A DNA stretch of 64,000 bases from Bacteroidales bacterium. Lineage in GTDB: Bacteria; Bacteroidota; Bacteroidia; Bacteroidales; JAAUTT01. The notes under the pieces were generated by a model. That model made no database searches. It saw only the letters and a program-made list of their open reading frames with translations, and was not told where the DNA came from. The first letter of the stretch is position 1; each line of letters starts with the position of its first letter. A program made the translations under genes and the position numbers. This document shows positions 57,833 to 64,000 of the stretch, piece by piece. The stretch is taken from positions 8,176 through 72,175 of the forward strand of contig JANYAP010000090.1 in assembly GCA_025361285.1 (NCBI GenBank), read 5' to 3'.

Positions 57833-58717
57833 CTATTTCAACTTACTAACAATTGCAATTAGCTTTTGGTAATGTGCATCCGATACTGGGGTTAATGGCA
57901 GTCGAACCACGTTTTCGAGGAGTTTTTGTTCGTGCATAATAGCTTTTACGCCTGCTGGACTGCCTTCGGTAAACAAACCTCCCATAACTTCTAAATAAGC
58001 ATTGTGTATTTTTCGTGCTAAAGGGTAGTTTCCATGCAATGCTTCTTCTACCATTGTCGAAAAATCGAGCGGAAAGGCGTTGGCTAACACCGATATAACT
58101 CCCGATGCTCCAAGAGCAATCATTGGAAACGTTAGCGAATCGTCGCCCGAAATAATATCGAAACCAGCTGGCTTATCGCGAAGTAGATCCATAATTTGCT
58201 GCATGTTGCCCGAAGCTTCTTTTATAGCAACCAAGTTTTTAAAATCGTGGGCAAGGGTTAATGTTGTGTCGGTATTCATGTTTATGCCCGTTCGGCTAGG
58301 AACATTGTACAAAATAACCGGCAAAGGGCTTACTTGCGAAATAGCTTTGTAATGCTCGTATAATCCTTTCTGGTTGGGTTTATTGTAGAATGGCACAACC
58401 GACAAAATACCATCAATACCGTTAAAATTAACGGTTTTTATGCCATCAATCACATCCTGAGTATTATTACCACCAATTCCAACAACTATTGGAACGCGTT
58501 TCGAAGTCGATTTTACTACGGTATTAATTACTTCAATTTTTTCGGAATGCGACAGCGTAACCGATTCGCCAGTAGTTCCCAAAACCACTATGTAGTTAAC
58601 CTTCCCCTTAATGCAATGCTCAACTACGCGTTCTAGAGCCAGATAATCGACATTATTGGTGGCAGTAAACGGAGTAACAATGGCAACTCCTGTGCCTGTA
58701 AATCTAATATTTGACAT
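57833..58717 (-). CDS. dapA: 4-hydroxy-tetrahydrodipicolinate synthase
   Basis: 294 aa. 'GTGVAIVTPF' and 'GTTGES' motifs, and the 'AIKEASGN' Schiff-base Lys region. Confidence 0.93.
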   Translation of the reverse strand: MSNIRFTGTGVAIVTPFTATNNVDYLALERVVEHCIKGKVNYIVVLGTTGESVTLSHSEKIEVINTVVKSTSKRVPIVVGIGGNNTQDVIDGIKTVNFNGIDGILSVVPFYNKPNQKGLYEHYKAISQVSPLPVILYNVPSRTGINMNTDTTLTLAHDFKNLVAIKEASGNMQQIMDLLRDKPAGFDIISGDDSLTFPMIALGASGVISVLANAFPLDFSTMVEEALHGNYPLARKIHNAYLEVMGGLFTEGSPAGVKAIMHEQKLLENVVRLPLTPVSDAHYQKLIAIVSKLK

Positions 58718-58816
58718 GCAATAGCGATTAAAATATGTTTTTCAGCACGTAAAATTAATTCAAAAATCTGAATTGCAAACAATACGCGTAAAAATTGACA
58801 AAATGGTAGAAAAACC

Positions 58817-59365
58817 TTAGTTTATGTGGTTTATAAGGTTAATGTATTTTTTTATATGTTCGAGAAATTCTTCAAGCTTTTGATTTTCATTCAGTTCGAA
58901 CATTAAATCGAAACTACTGTGTTCCTGGGTAAAACGACCTATTTTAAATTTCGATTTGGATAAGCGCGATATATATTCAATCGGAAAATGATCGGTAAGG
59001 CTTAAATCGAAAAGAAGATCGAAAGGTTTGTCGATAAAATCGGTAACAACAGGCGTTTTCGGAACCATTGTCCAGTTTAGCTCTTGTTTCGAGAAAAGAT
59101 TAATGCCCTTCCAGAATAGAAAGCTCTCGGGTATGGTTTTATTATCGATATAGCCCAAAACATATATCTGTAACTTGTACTTATTCAGATATGTAAGAAA
59201 TTGTTTTATTTGTTCGAAGCTGGTTTGGTCGGTAGGGTTGAAAAGTATTCCAGCCGTTTTTGCTGTTTCGAGATTATGACTTTCGCGTACGCGCTTGAAA
59301 CTACGTAGCTTTTTGCCAAGAGTGTATCGGCCAACTTTAAGTTTTATGTTACTCACAAAATTCAC
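58817..59365 (-). CDS. Conserved-looking hypothetical protein (182 aa)
   Basis: Clean ORF between ligA and dapA in the same orientation. No motif was recognised. Confidence 0.6.
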   Translation of the reverse strand: MNFVSNIKLKVGRYTLGKKLRSFKRVRESHNLETAKTAGILFNPTDQTSFEQIKQFLTYLNKYKLQIYVLGYIDNKTIPESFLFWKGINLFSKQELNWTMVPKTPVVTDFIDKPFDLLFDLSLTDHFPIEYISRLSKSKFKIGRFTQEHSSFDLMFELNENQKLEEFLEHIKKYINLINHIN

Positions 59366-59415
59366 AATTAGGTAGTTTGAATAAAATTGTTGTAAAGTTG
59401 ATAAATTCCTACTAA

Positions 59416-61431
<2,016 letters not shown>

Positions 61432-61809
61432 TCAAAAAAATATTATAATCGCAAATATAATTGAAAGAACTATTATAGCCGATGTAATATATACGATTTG
61501 CTTATTTCGTTTTTCATTAGCTAAAATTTTTATTTGCTGCATTTTAGATCGATGGATGCTTTCTAGAAACATAATGTCGTACTTAATAGCGTTACAGGCG
61601 ACTACTTCAGTATCATTAAGTAGTAATTGTATATCGTAGTTAGTTGGTTTATAAGATTTTACATCTGGTCTTGTAATAAACACATCTGCATTCGATTCGG
61701 TTGGTCCAAAATATAAAGGTAAATTGGAGTGCCTATAAGCGAATTTATTTGAATGAATAGACGACAATCGCATCGATCGAAAAGTTTCCATGAGATTTTT
61801 GTGTGTCAT
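61432..61809 (-). CDS. Hypothetical protein with a C-terminal TM anchor (125 aa)
   Basis: The ORF lies 12 nt downstream of ligA in the same orientation. The C-terminus 'IVYITSAIIVLSIIFAIIIFF' is hydrophobic. Confidence 0.5.
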   Translation of the reverse strand: MTHKNLMETFRSMRLSSIHSNKFAYRHSNLPLYFGPTESNADVFITRPDVKSYKPTNYDIQLLLNDTEVVACNAIKYDIMFLESIHRSKMQQIKILANEKRNKQIVYITSAIIVLSIIFAIIIFF

Positions 61810-62041
61810 ACATCTATTTGTTAAGAAGTTACAATAACTTTTTCAGTGTACTTATTTTTACACAAATTAGTAATAACTATTGGATAATAGTTAGAAAATT
61901 AGTTTTTTTTGACGAACGTATTTTTGGGAAATTGTTTGGTGAGGTTTCAAATCCTGCATTTTATTTTTTAATGACCCAAACGAAAATATTTATTCATTAT
62001 CTGACGGAGAACCATTTAATGATTAAAAACAATTACTTCCC

Positions 62042-62776
62042 TTAGGTTTTCGCAAATACAGTCATCGATTGCACGTTTTCAACTTTAATAAGTTCATCGC
62101 CACGGTATCGTTGAAATAACAGGGCTACAGCCAATACGTCTTTTTCGCAATATCGCACAATACGTTCGAGGTTGTTTTCATCGTAATACACGCTGGCTAC
62201 TTGGCTTCCGTCGATATCGTCCTTTGGCGAAGGTATCCCGAAAACCTTAGTTAACAGCGCTAATGAGGTAAAGCTTTTGTAATCACCAAATTTCCAAAGT
62301 TCTAGCGTATCGAGGTGGTTTATTTCCCATGGTTTTTTGCCTGCAATATCAAGTACTCTAGGTAGTTGTATGCCATTTATTAACATTCGGCGAGCTATAT
62401 ATGGAAAGTCGAATTCTTTACCGTTATGGGCAGCCAAAAGAACATTCTTTTTTGCTGAAAACAGTTTCATCATCGAAGCAAATTCCTGAAGCATAACCTT
62501 TTCGTCGTCGCCGAAAAACGATTTAGTTCGAAAACAAACTTCGCTCTCAATATTATGAATATAACCAGTTGATATACAGATAATCTTACCAAATTCGGCG
62601 TAAATACCAGCACGTTGATAAACATCGGCAGCAGTTTCATCGGGTTTACGCATATTGGTCGATTTTTTCTCCCACAAATGCCTAAAATCATCGTCGAGAT
62701 CGTTAAATGAACGTTGCTGAGGAACGGTTTCTATGTCGAGAAACAAAATTTCGTCGGAATGTAGGTTGTCGAGCAT
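62042..62776 (-). CDS. RNase H-fold 3'-5' exonuclease (PolB-exonuclease-like)
   Basis: 244 aa. ExoI 'LFLDIETVP', 'LAAHNGKEFDFPY' and 'YCEKDV' ExoIII-like motifs. Confidence 0.75.
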   Translation of the reverse strand: MLDNLHSDEILFLDIETVPQQRSFNDLDDDFRHLWEKKSTNMRKPDETAADVYQRAGIYAEFGKIICISTGYIHNIESEVCFRTKSFFGDDEKVMLQEFASMMKLFSAKKNVLLAAHNGKEFDFPYIARRMLINGIQLPRVLDIAGKKPWEINHLDTLELWKFGDYKSFTSLALLTKVFGIPSPKDDIDGSQVASVYYDENNLERIVRYCEKDVLAVALLFQRYRGDELIKVENVQSMTVFAKT

Positions 62777-62834
62777 GAATTATGAATTATGAATGAGTTG
62801 CAGTTATTTTGCCAACAATTTCGGGTAAAATTAA

Positions 62835-62842
62835 TACTTTTG
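62835..62842 (+). promoter_or_regulatory. Candidate -7 box (TACTTTTG) for manA
   Basis: Perfect TAnnTTTG match ending 21 nt before the ATG. A TTTG lies at 62808-62811, giving a 23-bp spacer. Confidence 0.4.
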
Positions 62843-62863
62843 CAGAAATAAAAAGCTCAAAGT

Positions 62864-63844
62864 ATGAACACCCTTTATCCATTGATATTTAAACCTGCCT
62901 TGAAAGATCGTATTTGGGGCGGCACTAAGCTGAAAACCGATTTTGACAAACAAGGCAAATGCACCACCTGCGGCGAAAGTTGGGAAATTTCGGCCGTTGA
63001 TGGCGATATTTCGGTTGTCGAAAACGGCTTTCTGAAAAATAACAACCTTCAGGAAATAATTGAAATATACATGGGCGACTTGGTTGGCGACAAGGTTTAC
63101 GATACTTTCGGGCTCGAATTTCCTTTGCTAATTAAGTTTATCGATGCTAACGACGACCTTTCCATTCAAGTTCATCCCAACGATAAACTCGCTCACGAAC
63201 GACATAATTCGTTCGGAAAAACCGAAATGTGGTATGTAATGGATTCAAAAACCGGCGCTAGTCTTATTTCGGGCTTTAACAAACAAACCAGCAAGGACGA
63301 ATACACAAAAAGTGTTACTTATAACACTCTAAAACAATTACTTAACCGTACCGAAGTTAAACATGGCGACACTTTTTTCATTCCATCGGGTAGGGTTCAT
63401 GCAATTGGTGCAGGCATTATGTTGGCCGAAATTCAACAAACATCCGATATTACTTACCGCATATACGATTGGGATCGTGTAGATTCCAATGGTAATGCAC
63501 GCGAACTTCATACCGATTTGGCTGTTGATGCTATTGATTACAAGTATTATAACGATATTAAAACCGAATATACCGATAAATTAAATGCAGTTGTTAATTT
63601 AGCTAAATGCAACTATTTTACTACCAACAAATTACATATCGATAAGCAAATGCATCGCGACTATGTAAAGCTCGATTCGTTTGTAATATATATTTGTTGC
63701 GAAGGAAAATTTGAGCTAGAGTATGCCGATAATTTAAAAATTGAAGTACATAAAGGGCAAACCGTTTTATTGCCAGCTATTTATAAAAGTGTTAATTTAA
63801 TCCCTTTCGGGAAAACAGAGCTTCTGGAGGTGTACATTGACTGA
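62864..63844 (+). CDS. manA: Type I mannose-6-phosphate isomerase
   Basis: 326 aa. 'LSIQVHPND', 'KTEMWYV' and '[18 protein letters not shown]' metal-binding blocks. Confidence 0.88.
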   Translation: MNTLYPLIFKPALKDRIWGGTKLKTDFDKQGKCTTCGESWEISAVDGDISVVENGFLKNNNLQEIIEIYMGDLVGDKVYDTFGLEFPLLIKFIDANDDLSIQVHPNDKLAHERHNSFGKTEMWYVMDSKTGASLISGFNKQTSKDEYTKSVTYNTLKQLLNRTEVKHGDTFFIPSGRVHAIGAGIMLAEIQQTSDITYRIYDWDRVDSNGNARELHTDLAVDAIDYKYYNDIKTEYTDKLNAVVNLAKCNYFTTNKLHIDKQMHRDYVKLDSFVIYICCEGKFELEYADNLKIEVHKGQTVLLPAIYKSVNLIPFGKTELLEVYID

Positions 63845-64000
63845 TCAAAAATTTGATGTTAAGGAGTCGAAGTTTATTTCAAGCAGTCCTGCCTTGAAAG
63901 GATGCCCACCGCCAATAGAACCCGAGTTCGCTTTTATTGGTCGGTCGAACGTAGGAAAATCGTCGTTAATAAATATGCTAACCAACAAAAAAGGGTTGGC
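63837..64000 (+). CDS. engB: Ribosome-biogenesis GTPase YihA/EngB, N-terminal part (3' end outside the window)
   Basis: A TTG at 63837 overlaps the manA stop. The translation '...[26 protein letters not shown]' contains the G1 motif. Confidence 0.75.
   Translation, partial: MTDQKFDVKESKFISSSPALKGCPPPIEPEFAFIGRSNVGKSSLINMLTNKKGL

Overview
This is a low-GC chromosomal segment that looks like Bacteroidota. The evidence is a type IX secretion (T9SS) cargo protein with a type-B C-terminal sorting domain next to a PorP/SprF gene, TAnnTTTG-type -7 promoter boxes, a fused E1 alpha/beta keto-acid dehydrogenase, and SPOR, Wza and Wzc genes. About 50 genes are supportable and most are housekeeping: relA/spoT (partial), proC, fldA, keto-acid dehydrogenase E1+E2, dcp, asnB, pdxH, rmuC, ygiQ, fabF, gcvT, comB, serC, serA, dapA, ligA, manA and engB (partial). 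There is one tRNA-Arg(TCT). No rRNA, CRISPR array, integrase or transposase is visible. The unusual content is almost all intergenic. (1) A ~1.7-kb segment (23899-25617) lies between E2 and dcp and is bounded by ~58-90-bp imperfect inverted repeats. It carries one AT-rich ORF with a PD-(D/E)xK / DUF4365-like N-terminus and a ~140-nt GC-rich non-coding block that could be a structured RNA. This is my best candidate for an accessory or undescribed module, but its function is unknown. (2) Short tandem arrays with an 8-10-nt period sit directly after the stop codons of about 13 genes. Some occur as inverted pairs that bracket a gene or an intergenic region. (3) There are at least three MITE-like repeat families, plus a 142-bp tandem repeat built from ccgac-NNNN-gtcgg hairpins between the T9SS cargo gene and porP. 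(4) A decayed higB/higA toxin-antitoxin remnant lies next to the tRNA-Arg 3' end. All protein calls come from motif recognition by eye on the supplied translations. No database search was run.
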